Source: Bacilli bacterium (lineage in GTDB: Bacteria; Bacillota_I; Bacilli_A; ML615J-28; CAG-698). Taken from it: a DNA stretch of 64,000 bases. Of this stretch, positions 8,134 through 18,527 are shown piece by piece; position 1 is the first letter of the stretch, and every line of letters starts with the position of its first letter. The position numbers were made by a program, and so were the translations under genes. The stretch covers positions 10,553-74,552 of the forward strand of contig JBFXJT010000005.1 in assembly GCA_050174575.1 (NCBI GenBank). Reading direction: 5' to 3'. The notes beneath the pieces are model-generated. The model searched no databases and was not told the origin of the DNA. It saw only the letters and a program-made list of their open reading frames with translations.

Positions 8134-10151
8134 AAAAAATAAAGATTTTATTTATAATATTTGTTTTTTTAGGTTTAATTTCTGCTTGTAAAGATGTTGA
8201 AATTCCCATTATTGAAGTAAACCCAGAAAGTATCACGATAAACATTTCCCAAACAACAATAGATGTTAACAGTAATTTACAGCTTTCTGCAAGTGTGATG
8301 CCTAATGAAGCTGATCAAGCTGTTACTTGGATAAGTTCGGATGTGACCATTGCCACAGTTTCTAATTCTGGATTAGTCCTTGGAATTAGTGCTGGAAATG
8401 TTACAATTACGGCAACTAGTACAAAACTAGCAAGCATTAGCGCAAATGTTACAATTGAAGTCAAGGATGTTTATGTTCCGCCTGAATTAATTGATTTTGA
8501 TATCTTTATTGAAGATATTTTTCTTGATATGATTTCTGAAGACCCAATGAATGTCAATTTCTTTTTGCGTTATCCCGAAAATTTTGATCTAGGGGAAATG
8601 AGCGTTGAACCAATTGAAGTTTCGATGGAATCCCACTTAGAAATGATTGAGGAAGCGAAAACATTAAAAGAGAATTTAGTCCTATACGAAACGACTGAAT
8701 TAACAGAAATGCAAGAATTAACATACGATGTGACTCTTGATTATTTAGAAAAAACGATTGCATATGAAGATTTCTATTATTATGATACACCATTAGGTAG
8801 CTACCTAGGATTTCAAGCTCAGTTACCTTTCATTTTAGCCGAATATCATTTTTATGCCAAAGAAGATATTCAAGATTACTTTGATTATTTAACAACAACT
8901 AAGCAAACTTTTGAAAATATTATTGCTTTTGAAATTGATCGAAGCGCTCAAGGATTTGGATTAAATGATTATTTGATTGATGGGATTGTTGAACAATGTG
9001 ATTCTTTTACAAGTGCTGAAGAGAATTATTTAATTCCTGTTTTTAACGATAAAATTGACAACTTAGATTTTTTAACTACAACAGAAAAAGAAGAATACAA
9101 AACCAATAATGCAACATTTGTTAGTAATGATTTTGTTGGCGCTTATCAATATTTGAGTACGGAACTTTTAAAATTAAAAGGGACAGCTGTTAATAATGAA
9201 GGTTTGGCTCACTATGATTTTGGCAAAGAGTACTATCAGTTATTATTAACTGAGGCTAGTGGCACAAAAATGTCTGTTAGTCAAGCATACAATTATTTCC
9301 GAGGAATTTTAGATTCTGAATATCAAGAATTAATGGACATATATCAAGATAACCCTAATCTTTTTGATATCCTAAATTCTCCTAATTTTTTGCCAACAAA
9401 AACATATCAAGAAACATTTGATTTTTTATTAAGTCAATATGAAAATGACTTCCCTAGCATCGGCGAAATTGTGGTAAACATAAAGCCAATTCACCCATCT
9501 TTAGAAGAAAATTCTTCACCGGCAATGTATTTTTTATCACCAATCGATGCTTCTGTTCCTGAAGTTTTTTATATAAACAATACAACCTTCTCTGAAAATC
9601 CAACTTATGCTTATTTTACTGTTGCTCATGAATCAATTCCTGGTCATTTATTACAACATGTTGTTTTAAAAAACAGTGATTTACCAAATTTACGAAAGTA
9701 TTTGAATTATACAAGTTATGCAGAAGCGTGGGCAGTTTATATTGAAGAATATGTCGGAAAATACACCGATGTGGATCCTGCTTTAATCGAAGCTTATAAT
9801 ATTAATAAACGATTGACCTATGTCATTTTGTGTGTAGCTGATATTAAAATTAATTATTATGGAGAGTCATTAGAGGACTTTGGTAATTACTTATCAACTT
9901 ATTTTGGGGATGTGCCAATTGATGAGTTAAAGGAAATGTATTATCAATTGGTTGAGGAACCGACTAATTTTTTTGAATATTTCTTTAGTTATTATCGAAT
10001 TATGGCTTTGAAGCAAAACTTTTTAACTCAAGCTGCAAGTAAAAATTATGAAAACCCTGATTTAGAGTTTCATAAATTTTATTTATTAACTGGTCCAGCT
10101 CCGTTTTATATATTAGAAGAACAAATTCCTATTTATTTAAATAACAACTAA
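8130..10151 (+). CDS. Lipoprotein with an N-terminal Big_2 Ig-like domain fused to a DUF885-type (putative metallopeptidase-like) domain
   Basis: ATGA overlap with the ackA stop. Lipobox LGLISAC. Big_2 signature VTWISSDVTIATVSNSGLVLGISAGNVTITATS. DUF885-like HESIPGHLLQ motif near the C-terminal third. Confidence 0.7.
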   Translation: MKKIKILFIIFVFLGLISACKDVEIPIIEVNPESITINISQTTIDVNSNLQLSASVMPNEADQAVTWISSDVTIATVSNSGLVLGISAGNVTITATSTKLASISANVTIEVKDVYVPPELIDFDIFIEDIFLDMISEDPMNVNFFLRYPENFDLGEMSVEPIEVSMESHLEMIEEAKTLKENLVLYETTELTEMQELTYDVTLDYLEKTIAYEDFYYYDTPLGSYLGFQAQLPFILAEYHFYAKEDIQDYFDYLTTTKQTFENIIAFEIDRSAQGFGLNDYLIDGIVEQCDSFTSAEENYLIPVFNDKIDNLDFLTTTEKEEYKTNNATFVSNDFVGAYQYLSTELLKLKGTAVNNEGLAHYDFGKEYYQLLLTEASGTKMSVSQAYNYFRGILDSEYQELMDIYQDNPNLFDILNSPNFLPTKTYQETFDFLLSQYENDFPSIGEIVVNIKPIHPSLEENSSPAMYFLSPIDASVPEVFYINNTTFSENPTYAYFTVAHESIPGHLLQHVVLKNSDLPNLRKYLNYTSYAEAWAVYIEEYVGKYTDVDPALIEAYNINKRLTYVILCVADIKINYYGESLEDFGNYLSTYFGDVPIDELKEMYYQLVEEPTNFFEYFFSYYRIMALKQNFLTQAASKNYENPDLEFHKFYLLTGPAPFYILEEQIPIYLNNN

Positions 10152-10178
10152 ACCAAACCTTCGGGTTTGGTTTTTTTT
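10151..10178 (+). terminator. Rho-independent terminator
   Basis: AACCAAACC-TTCG-GGTTTGGTT followed by a T-run. Confidence 0.85.
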
Positions 10179-10225
10179 AACGAAAACAACGATAATTTTA
10201 ATAATATATAAATGGAGGTGCTAAT

Positions 10226-12196
10226 ATGAAAAAGATTATCGTGTGTATTATTTCATTATTTGCAATTTGCTTTGTGAAAGTAAATGCCTTAGAAACAATT
10301 GTGACAATAGAAAATACCGGAACTGATGAATTACTCACTGATGAAAATCACCAAATTATCAAAAACAATGTTGATTGGAGTGAGCCAGGAACCTATCAAG
10401 TCGAATATTTTAACTTAGAAAATCATTTATATGAAATACAAGACGTCATCATTTCTTCAATTGACACTTTGCATGAAGGAATTAGTTACATTCATAAAGA
10501 GGAAATTGCAATTGATTTTTCTGCAAAAGGTATCAAAAAAATTGATAATGAAAAAACACTGGTGTTTGGTGGAAAGAACAATGGTTATTATCCTTATCAA
10601 TCACAAAACGAAACTCTTTTTGCTTATGTTGCTCTTTATGTTAATGGACAAATAATTTGGGAAAAGACAATAAATGACTTATATTATGGTTTAATTCGTG
10701 ATGCAGTAATTACCAATCGGGGGATTGTCTTAATTGGGGATTATGATACTATGAACCAAGGGCGAAATGTTTTCATTCATGAATATTCGTTATCAGGAGT
10801 TTTACTTGATAAAATCGAATTTCAAGGTGAAGGTGATGATTTTGCTCATCGGATATTTTTTGAAAACAATGCTCTTTATTTTATTTCAAGCAGTCAATCA
10901 GTATCCCTAGATTATCAAAATATAAATTGTTCGGGAAACAATATTATTGTTGGACTTTTATCATTTCCTAATAGTCAATTCAGTATTATTGCTTTAGGCA
11001 ATGAAGGGAAAAATGTCTTTTTTGATGCCCTTTTTCTTGATTCACAATTTTATTTATTAATGGAGTTTCAAGGGGATGGATACTTTATATCAGGTACCAA
11101 TGAAACAGATTATTTAGGAATCATCGCCATTAACTGTCGATTAGATGTAATTGAATGGATTAGCCTATCGCCATATAATTTAGGGAATGTTAAGAAAATT
11201 CTCGCTTTTAATGACAAGATTGGGTTAGCATCCGTCTTTTATGAGACTAGTAGAATGCAAATATTTTATTTTTCCCAAATTTTAGAATATCTTTATAATG
11301 AAACGATTATCATTTGTGATGGAAATTATCAAATTCGTGATTATCATGTTTGGGCGGAACAAGAAAAAATTATCGTTATGACAAAAGCAGACAATTCCTT
11401 ATCACAGCAATGGTTTCTTTATTTGTATGATGCAAGCAGAGAATTAATTAATTTTGAAAAATTTGCTTGTGAAAACAATCTTGAAAAATGTGTTAATCTT
11501 ACAATTGATGAAGATCAAAATATTTTTTTTGGGAGCACCATTAATAATGAAAAAGTCATACTAACAGAATTCACTCTTTTAAAAACAGAAGATGTAACAA
11601 TCGGATCAAACATTTGCCTTTCAACTCAACAACAATTATTGATTAATGGATTTATTATTAATGGGAATTTATTTAAAAACAGTGTTGATCCTAATCCCTA
11701 TGGTTTGTATACCAATTTATATCAGTTCAAGACCAATCAATTTAATATCATTTTACCTTTTTTCTTTGATTTTAGTTTTCATTCAAATATTCGACATTTA
11801 GAAACCTACGATATTGGAACAATTGTTAATTTCAATGGAACAGGATTTTTAAATGGTGAAGAAATAAATACGGGTCACATTATTGAGGCTAGTGGAAATT
11901 ATTATTTAGAAATAATTGGCAATAATAATGAACAAAAATCCATAATTTTCTCAATAGAATCATTGAGTGAGCAAAATACGTCACTTGTACAAGATATTGC
12001 TAAACCAGAAGCAACTATTGCAGAATCCCTTGTTTTTTCGGATAATGAAGAACACTTCATCCAGCTAATCACTAAAGAAGAGGTAAAATCAACCATTTCA
12101 ATGGAGGTCTATGGTGCCATTATGGGAGCTCTATTAGGAATTATGCTTGGATTGTTTTTATCATTTAAAAAGGTTTTTAGGAAAAAGCATGTTTAA
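10226..12196 (+). CDS. Large exported protein: signal peptide, propeller-like (SBBP-like?) region, Ig-like module, C-terminal TM anchor
   Basis: RBS GGAGGTG. N-terminus MKKIIVCIISLFAICFVKVNA. C-terminal TM GAIMGALLGIMLGLFLSF followed by KKVFRKKHV. Paralogous to the next gene. Confidence 0.7.
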   Translation: MKKIIVCIISLFAICFVKVNALETIVTIENTGTDELLTDENHQIIKNNVDWSEPGTYQVEYFNLENHLYEIQDVIISSIDTLHEGISYIHKEEIAIDFSAKGIKKIDNEKTLVFGGKNNGYYPYQSQNETLFAYVALYVNGQIIWEKTINDLYYGLIRDAVITNRGIVLIGDYDTMNQGRNVFIHEYSLSGVLLDKIEFQGEGDDFAHRIFFENNALYFISSSQSVSLDYQNINCSGNNIIVGLLSFPNSQFSIIALGNEGKNVFFDALFLDSQFYLLMEFQGDGYFISGTNETDYLGIIAINCRLDVIEWISLSPYNLGNVKKILAFNDKIGLASVFYETSRMQIFYFSQILEYLYNETIIICDGNYQIRDYHVWAEQEKIIVMTKADNSLSQQWFLYLYDASRELINFEKFACENNLEKCVNLTIDEDQNIFFGSTINNEKVILTEFTLLKTEDVTIGSNICLSTQQQLLINGFIINGNLFKNSVDPNPYGLYTNLYQFKTNQFNIILPFFFDFSFHSNIRHLETYDIGTIVNFNGTGFLNGEEINTGHIIEASGNYYLEIIGNNNEQKSIIFSIESLSEQNTSLVQDIAKPEATIAESLVFSDNEEHFIQLITKEEVKSTISMEVYGAIMGALLGIMLGLFLSFKKVFRKKHV

Positions 12197-14408
12197 ATTG
12201 ATGCTTATTGTTTCTTCTTTTATGTCACTGTTTTCATCTAGCAAACAATCATTTGAAGTTTTTGTTAATCCTGATGAAAGTGATGGAGTAATCGACCAAT
12301 CAGGTGATTTTATTGTTGTGCAAAAGGCAACTGAAGTAGTTTTAAAACACGTCAGTGAAAATTGGGAAATAATAATTCCGCAATTTGATACTATGAAAAT
12401 AAGAACGGTTAATAATAAAGCAATGTTTGTTTATCAAATTGATGGCTATTTAAAAGTTATCGAGGTTGATAAGATTGGAACCATTAATTATGCCGGCACT
12501 TTGATCCCTAATCGTCTTGGGAACAATTGGGATATTAAATTAGCCGAACAAATTTTTATTTGTGGCACAATCGAACATTATGAAGATAATAATTTTATTA
12601 AAGAAAAAAACAATCGATTATTAAGCAAAAACGATGCCCTTGTTGTTTGTTTAGACTATAATTATCAAATTACCAATTGGAAAATATTTGGTGGACAAGA
12701 AAATGAAGGATTTGAGTGTTTAACTATTGCTAACAATAAAATTTTTATTGCTGGTAAAAAAGACCCCTATTCTGGGGGAGACTTCGGTAATGGAGGTTTA
12801 TTAAAAGATAATAATTTTGTTTGTTCATTAGATTTAAATTTAAATTTGCTGCATTTTTTTATTTTCAATAACAATTCTGACATTTTATTAATTGATTACG
12901 TAGAAGAATCATTATTTGTTTGCACTACAGCTGGTTTATATAAAATGTCCGATGTACTAACAATCATTAATAAAAGACTTTTTGAAATGAATATTTTTTT
13001 TGGATTAGTTACTTGTTTTAATTCCTTAATAGCTTTTGAAATGGAGAAAGCCATTATTATTGATTTACTTGATATGCAAATAAAATCATCAATCTTTATT
13101 GAACAAATAAACGAAGATACAAAATATTTTTTAATGGAAAAAGCCTTAAAGATTGCAAACGGTCCCAATAGTAGCTATTTTGAAGTGATGGATTTACGAA
13201 ATTTTTCTTTTCCAAAAATATATTATAATAATAATGCACACGAAGGCTATATAAAAGGAATTTTTGAATTGGTTGAAATAACCCAAAAAATAGCCTCACC
13301 ACAATTTAACCCGTTGGTTTTTGGAGAATATCAATGGACAATCTTGTTAAAAAACTCTTACAATTTACAATTTGAATTGAAAAAAAGCATGTTTGTTCAA
13401 CGAGAAGTAAATGTCAGTGATAATCTCATTTATCCACTAGGTTATACACTTCATTTCACAGGAACAGCTACGCTCAATGGAAAGCAGATTGTCAATAATT
13501 ATCCTATTAATCAAAGTGGATCGTACAATTTACTCTTAACAGGGCTGAACGATGAACAACATTCTATATGCTTTTTTGTGGAAAAGGAACAGATTCATTT
13601 TCAAGAATTAAAAGAAAGAAATTGGCATTTTGAAACAAGAAGAGGTGGAGTTATTCAAATTGATTTTTCGTTGATTGGAAATTGGGAACGAATTGATTAT
13701 GTAGTTATCAATAACGAAAAATACTATGATATAATATTTGATCAAATAAATAACCGATTGAATATTCGCTTTGATGCCCCAAACGAAGGAGGATTATATT
13801 ATTATCAATTAGAAAGCATCCACTTTCATCAAGGAGATAATTTGCTTTCTTACCCAATAAATGAAATGTTTGTTGTAAATGTGTTAGGGTTTGCTCCAGA
13901 AGTCATAATTGAAGAAACAAATGATTTTGAGTATATCATTAATGTCGACGATGAAGATTGTTGTGCTAGATTTTTCAGTGTTCAAGCTATTTCCAACATA
14001 GATGATTGTTCTCTTCATTTTCCTTTAGCAGACGCAAATATTGGGTTTTCAAATTTAAATCAACAACAAAATTATGATATTACTATTTATTTACATTATG
14101 ATACAGGTAATAAGCAAATAGATACAATTGAGTTATTAAGAATTAAAGCCACTGGGAATGATTTAGAAAAACTTGGCGAAATTTTAATCCTTGAAAAAAC
14201 AACGACTTTAAAAAAACTTAGTTTATCATTAGAACAAAGTGAAAAAAATATTTTAGAAATTGTTGCCAATAATCACTTTGTATATCAAAAACCTGTTACA
14301 AATATTTTAAGTTCTATCTTTATTGGTGCTTTATGTTTTCCCATTACTTTTTGCATTGTTTGGGGAGCTAAATCAATTATTAAAAAGCAAAAAAAACAGA
14401 TTTTCTAG
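12189..14408 (+). CDS. Large exported protein, paralog of 10226-12196: signal peptide, propeller-like region, Ig-like module, C-terminal TM anchor
   Basis: ATG 12189 overlaps the upstream stop (ATGTTTAA) and gives signal peptide MFKLMLIVSSFMSLFSS. C-terminal TM IFIGALCFPITFCIVWGA followed by KSIIKKQKKQ. The ORF-track start at 12147 lies inside the upstream TM-coding region. Confidence 0.7.
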   Translation: MFKLMLIVSSFMSLFSSSKQSFEVFVNPDESDGVIDQSGDFIVVQKATEVVLKHVSENWEIIIPQFDTMKIRTVNNKAMFVYQIDGYLKVIEVDKIGTINYAGTLIPNRLGNNWDIKLAEQIFICGTIEHYEDNNFIKEKNNRLLSKNDALVVCLDYNYQITNWKIFGGQENEGFECLTIANNKIFIAGKKDPYSGGDFGNGGLLKDNNFVCSLDLNLNLLHFFIFNNNSDILLIDYVEESLFVCTTAGLYKMSDVLTIINKRLFEMNIFFGLVTCFNSLIAFEMEKAIIIDLLDMQIKSSIFIEQINEDTKYFLMEKALKIANGPNSSYFEVMDLRNFSFPKIYYNNNAHEGYIKGIFELVEITQKIASPQFNPLVFGEYQWTILLKNSYNLQFELKKSMFVQREVNVSDNLIYPLGYTLHFTGTATLNGKQIVNNYPINQSGSYNLLLTGLNDEQHSICFFVEKEQIHFQELKERNWHFETRRGGVIQIDFSLIGNWERIDYVVINNEKYYDIIFDQINNRLNIRFDAPNEGGLYYYQLESIHFHQGDNLLSYPINEMFVVNVLGFAPEVIIEETNDFEYIINVDDEDCCARFFSVQAISNIDDCSLHFPLADANIGFSNLNQQQNYDITIYLHYDTGNKQIDTIELLRIKATGNDLEKLGEILILEKTTTLKKLSLSLEQSEKNILEIVANNHFVYQKPVTNILSSIFIGALCFPITFCIVWGAKSIIKKQKKQIF

Positions 14409-14433
14409 TGCTAGTCATTCTAGCACTTTTATT
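14408..14433 (+). terminator. Rho-independent terminator
   Basis: GTGCTAG-TCATT-CTAGCAC followed by TTTTATT. Confidence 0.8.
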
Positions 14434-14487
14434 CTTTGTATAGAAAACTAGGTTTGATTATGATATAATTAAAACAGGGTGAGAGAT

Positions 14488-17400
14488 ATGAAGTTTGTCA
14501 ATTTATATATTGAAACTGAATATTCTATGCTACAAAGCTTGGTCAAAATTGATCATTTAGTTGCTAGGGCTAAAAAAGATAATCAGCAAGCATTAGCTAT
14601 TTGTGATTTTGAAGTCATGCATGGAGCAATGAAATTTTATTTTAAATGTTTAGATAATCGAATTAAACCGATAATTGGTTTAAAAGTTACTATTAATTTA
14701 GAAGAAAAAAAAGACTATTTGTTGTTGTATGCGAAAAACATAATTGGTTATCAAAACTTAATGAAAATTTCAACTCAACTAAAAACTCAAGGGCCAATTG
14801 ATTTTAAATCTTTAAGCTCTTTATCTGAAGGCATTTTAGCTATTATTCCTAGTGATGAAAACAGTGTTGTATCCATGTTTGCATATAATTATGATGAATC
14901 AAACAGACGTTTAGACCTGTATCATCAAATCTACAATGATCTTTATTTGGGAGTTGATGCACAAACCGAAGCAAATCGTACGCTGATTCCTCAATTAATA
15001 AACTTAGCCCATAATCATCAAATAAAACCAGTAGCGATTAATCGCACTTCTTTTTTAGATAAAGATGATTTTTTTGCCTATCAAACGCTAAGATGCATTG
15101 ATTTAGCGATTAATGAATATCCTTATTCTGAAAAAGAAATCTCGCAATGGTTGATTGACCAAAATCAAGCAATAGACAAATTCCGTGATTTTGAAGAATT
15201 AATTATTAATACTGAAGAGGTAGCAAAGCTTTGTGATTTGCGTTTAATGCTAGGAAAATATGAATTACCTATTTTCCCAGATTCTTTGGGAAAATCCTTC
15301 TCTTATTTGACCGATTTAGCAAAACTTGGGTTAAATAAACGCTTAAAAGGTTTGCAAGTTGATGTTGAAAAATACAAACAAAGGTTATTTTACGAATTAG
15401 ATGTTATCAATAAAATGGGATACTGTGATTATTTTCTAATTGTTTATGACTTCATAAAATTTGCAAAGAAGAATAATGTACTTGTAGGACCCGGTAGAGG
15501 TTCGGGACCAAGTTCTTTGGTAAGTTATGTTTTGGGAATAACAGATATTGATCCTTTAAAATATGACCTACTTTTTGAACGTTTCCTTAACCCTGAGCGG
15601 ATTACAATGCCTGATATTGATACTGATTTTCCCGATAATAAGCGAGATGAAATCATCCATTATGTAAAAGAAAAATATAGAATTGAAAAAGTTGCCCATA
15701 TTTCTACATTTGGTACATTCGGTGTTCGTTTAGCAATCCGTGATGTTGCAAGAGTGATGAAATTGTCCGACACAGTTTTAAACGAAATATTGAAATTTGT
15801 TCCATCATCCGATGCTAACCTCGAAGATATATTAAAAGATAATGAGATGTTTAATAATCTAATCAAGGAAAACCAACAAATTGAAACATTAATTGATTTA
15901 GTGGGCAAGCTTGAAGGCTTACCAAGACACATTTCGACACATGCCGCAGGCATTATTATGGCAAAAGAAAACCTTGTAGAATATTCACCTTTGCAATTAG
16001 GCATGAATGGATTATTTCAAACGCAGTATGAAGCAGTCGACCTAGAGCAAATTGGGTTAGTGAAAATTGATTTTTTAGGATTACGTAATTTAACTATCAT
16101 TGACAATGTCATAAATAAAATTCATTTAATTAATCCAGACTTTGAAATTTTGAAAATTCCTCTAGATGATAAACAAACTTATCAAATGATTGCCTCGGGT
16201 GATACGGATGGAATTTTTCAATTAGAATCAAGCGGTATGCGTAATGTTTTAATGGGACTAAAAACGAGTGATTTTATGGACATTGTCAACGCTAATGCTT
16301 TATTTCGCCCTGGGCCAATGGAAATGATTCCTTCATTTATTAAAAGGAAATTTAATGAAGAAGATATTGATTATATCCATCCCGATTTAAAAACGATTTT
16401 AGAACCTACTTACGGAATAATTGTTTTTCAAGAACAAATCATGTTGATTGCTCAAAAATTTGCAGGTTATTCACTTGGAATGGCAGATATATTGAGAAGA
16501 GCGGTTTCTAAAAAATCAGCTAAAGTCTTAGAAAATGAACGTGAACGATTTGTTAAGAATGCTATAAAAAAAGGTTACGATGAAGCAACAAGTCAAAAAG
16601 TTTACGATTACATTGTAAAATTTGCCAATTATGGGTTTAATAAGAGCCACTCTGTTGCCTATTCTTTAATTGCTTATCAAATGGCTTATTTAAAAAGACA
16701 TTTTTATCAACATTTCATGTCGGAATTAATGACTAATAGTATTGGGAGTGTTGGTTTAATAAAAACTTATATTGATGATTGTCTGAAAAAAAAGATTATT
16801 GTGAAAGGACCATCAGTAAATTACAGTGAGGATTTTTTTGTTGTCAAGGATAGTGCTATTTATTATTCTTTATTAGGAATTCAAAATTTAGGATCATTGA
16901 CCCTTGCAAACTTGTTAAACGAAAGAAGGGAAAATGGTTTATTTAAAAATTATGATGATTTTATTAGCCGTACAAAAAACATTTTAAATAAACGAATTGT
17001 TGAAAGTATGATCTATGCGGGGGCACTAGATGAATTTTCAATTCCAAGGAAACAAATGATTCTAGAATATGACAACAGCATTAGTTATGCAAATTATTCA
17101 TCTTTATTGCAAGATGATTTGACAAAAAGAGATTTTGGAACTGAAGAATTTACTTTTGAAGAAATATCAAAACTTGAAAAAGAAGCCTTAGGCTTTAATT
17201 TTAAATATAGTATATTCAATAAATATCAAGATTTTAAGCTCAAAAACAATTTAATTAACTTAAATGACTTACAAGTATCACCAAAAGTTGTTGCGCTTTT
17301 TGCTATAAAAAGAGTTAAAACAATCCTTACAAAAAATCAAGATACTATGGCTTTTATTGAAATGTTTGATGATAATGGACGACTCGATGGTGTTTTATTT

Positions 17401-17526
17401 CCTAAAATATATGAAAAATATCAAAATTTACTTCACGAAGGTCAAGTTTTTCTTGGTGAAGGAAGTTTAGAAGAACGTAATAACAAAAAACAATTAGTAA
17501 TAAGAAATTTACGCACAATAGAATGA
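14488..17526 (+). CDS. dnaE: DNA polymerase III alpha subunit (DnaE type)
   Basis: ATG 14488 after GGGTGAGAG. PHP-domain N-terminus, PDIDTDF palm aspartates, GLVKIDFLGLRNL, FNKSHSVAYS. Confidence 0.95.
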   Translation: MKFVNLYIETEYSMLQSLVKIDHLVARAKKDNQQALAICDFEVMHGAMKFYFKCLDNRIKPIIGLKVTINLEEKKDYLLLYAKNIIGYQNLMKISTQLKTQGPIDFKSLSSLSEGILAIIPSDENSVVSMFAYNYDESNRRLDLYHQIYNDLYLGVDAQTEANRTLIPQLINLAHNHQIKPVAINRTSFLDKDDFFAYQTLRCIDLAINEYPYSEKEISQWLIDQNQAIDKFRDFEELIINTEEVAKLCDLRLMLGKYELPIFPDSLGKSFSYLTDLAKLGLNKRLKGLQVDVEKYKQRLFYELDVINKMGYCDYFLIVYDFIKFAKKNNVLVGPGRGSGPSSLVSYVLGITDIDPLKYDLLFERFLNPERITMPDIDTDFPDNKRDEIIHYVKEKYRIEKVAHISTFGTFGVRLAIRDVARVMKLSDTVLNEILKFVPSSDANLEDILKDNEMFNNLIKENQQIETLIDLVGKLEGLPRHISTHAAGIIMAKENLVEYSPLQLGMNGLFQTQYEAVDLEQIGLVKIDFLGLRNLTIIDNVINKIHLINPDFEILKIPLDDKQTYQMIASGDTDGIFQLESSGMRNVLMGLKTSDFMDIVNANALFRPGPMEMIPSFIKRKFNEEDIDYIHPDLKTILEPTYGIIVFQEQIMLIAQKFAGYSLGMADILRRAVSKKSAKVLENERERFVKNAIKKGYDEATSQKVYDYIVKFANYGFNKSHSVAYSLIAYQMAYLKRHFYQHFMSELMTNSIGSVGLIKTYIDDCLKKKIIVKGPSVNYSEDFFVVKDSAIYYSLLGIQNLGSLTLANLLNERRENGLFKNYDDFISRTKNILNKRIVESMIYAGALDEFSIPRKQMILEYDNSISYANYSSLLQDDLTKRDFGTEEFTFEEISKLEKEALGFNFKYSIFNKYQDFKLKNNLINLNDLQVSPKVVALFAIKRVKTILTKNQDTMAFIEMFDDNGRLDGVLFPKIYEKYQNLLHEGQVFLGEGSLEERNNKKQLVIRNLRTIE

Positions 17527-17535
17527 GAGGAATAT

Positions 17536-18492
17536 ATGATTAAAAAAATAGGTGTGCTGACATCTGGGGGTGATGCTCCTGGAATGAATGCTGCGATTAG
17601 AGCTGTAACTCGGACAGCAATCCAAAACGGCTTAGAGGTTTATGGTATTCATGATGGTTATTTAGGAATGTACGAAGGCAGAATCGAACGTCTTTATCGA
17701 AAATCGGTTTCTGAGAAAATGGGACATGGGGGAACCTTTTTAGGTACAGCTAGGCTAAAAGAATTTACCGAACAAGAAGTAAGAGAAGTAGCTATTGGGA
17801 ATTTAGAGCAATACGGAATTGATGCGTTAGTTTGTATTGGTGGCGACGGAACATATCGTGGTGCTATAGCATTGAGTAAAATGGGGATACCATGCGTTTG
17901 CTTGCCTGGTACAATTGACAATGACATTGCAGGAACTGATTATACAATCGGGTTTGATACAGCTCTTAATACTGTAGTAGAGGCTGTCGATAAACTTAGA
18001 GACACATCAAATAGTCACCGCCGTTGTAGTATCATCGAAGTTATGGGCAGAAATTGTGGAGACTTAGCTGTATGGACAGCCATTGCTGTTGGTGCAGAAG
18101 TTTGTATAGCAAAAGAAACTGGATATGATTTACCTGCTATTTTGGATAATGTCACTAAAGCTGCTCAAAGTAAACGACATGCCATTATCATAGTTGCTGA
18201 AAATATGGTAAAAATTGAAGAGCTTGCGGATCAAGTTACTGCCAATACCCCGTTTGAAGCACGAGCAACTGTTCTAGGTCATGTTCAAAGAGGGGGTTCC
18301 CCTTCTGCAAGAGACCGTGTACTTGCGTCCGAAATGGGGGTTAAATCCATTCATGCTCTTTTAAATGGAGACACTCATCATTGCATTTGTGATCATAAAG
18401 GGAAAATAGTTTCAATCCCTATTGAAGATGCATTAGGTGATGACTCTCAACAAGTTCTTGATAAATATGAAGTATTCAAAGTTCTTTGGTAG
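17536..18492 (+). CDS. pfkA: ATP-dependent 6-phosphofructokinase
   Basis: Motifs GVLTSGGDAPGMNAAIR, IGGDGTY, PGTIDND, VMGR. Confidence 0.95.
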   Translation: MIKKIGVLTSGGDAPGMNAAIRAVTRTAIQNGLEVYGIHDGYLGMYEGRIERLYRKSVSEKMGHGGTFLGTARLKEFTEQEVREVAIGNLEQYGIDALVCIGGDGTYRGAIALSKMGIPCVCLPGTIDNDIAGTDYTIGFDTALNTVVEAVDKLRDTSNSHRRCSIIEVMGRNCGDLAVWTAIAVGAEVCIAKETGYDLPAILDNVTKAAQSKRHAIIIVAENMVKIEELADQVTANTPFEARATVLGHVQRGGSPSARDRVLASEMGVKSIHALLNGDTHHCICDHKGKIVSIPIEDALGDDSQQVLDKYEVFKVLW

Positions 18493-18497
18493 AAAAA

Positions 18498-18527
18498 GGG
18501 TTCTTGGAAACAAGAACCATTTTTCTT
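18498..18527 (+). terminator. Rho-independent terminator
   Basis: GGTTCTTG-GAAA-CAAGAACC followed by ATTTTTCTT. Confidence 0.85.

Noticed and set aside
15660-16004. 114-aa antisense ORF inside dnaE.
   Set aside because: It is a shadow ORF in a conserved CDS. The antisense ORFs in rpoB (33583-33801, 33830-34030, 35395-35640) and rpoC (36704-36948, 37321-37503, 39949-40146) are rejected on the same grounds.
17536-18492. pfkA looks more GC-rich than its neighbours, which might suggest horizontal transfer.
   Set aside because: This is a by-eye impression only. Highly conserved, highly expressed glycolytic genes commonly show higher GC and stronger codon bias, and there are no flanking mobility signatures. 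It would need computed GC/codon statistics and phylogeny.
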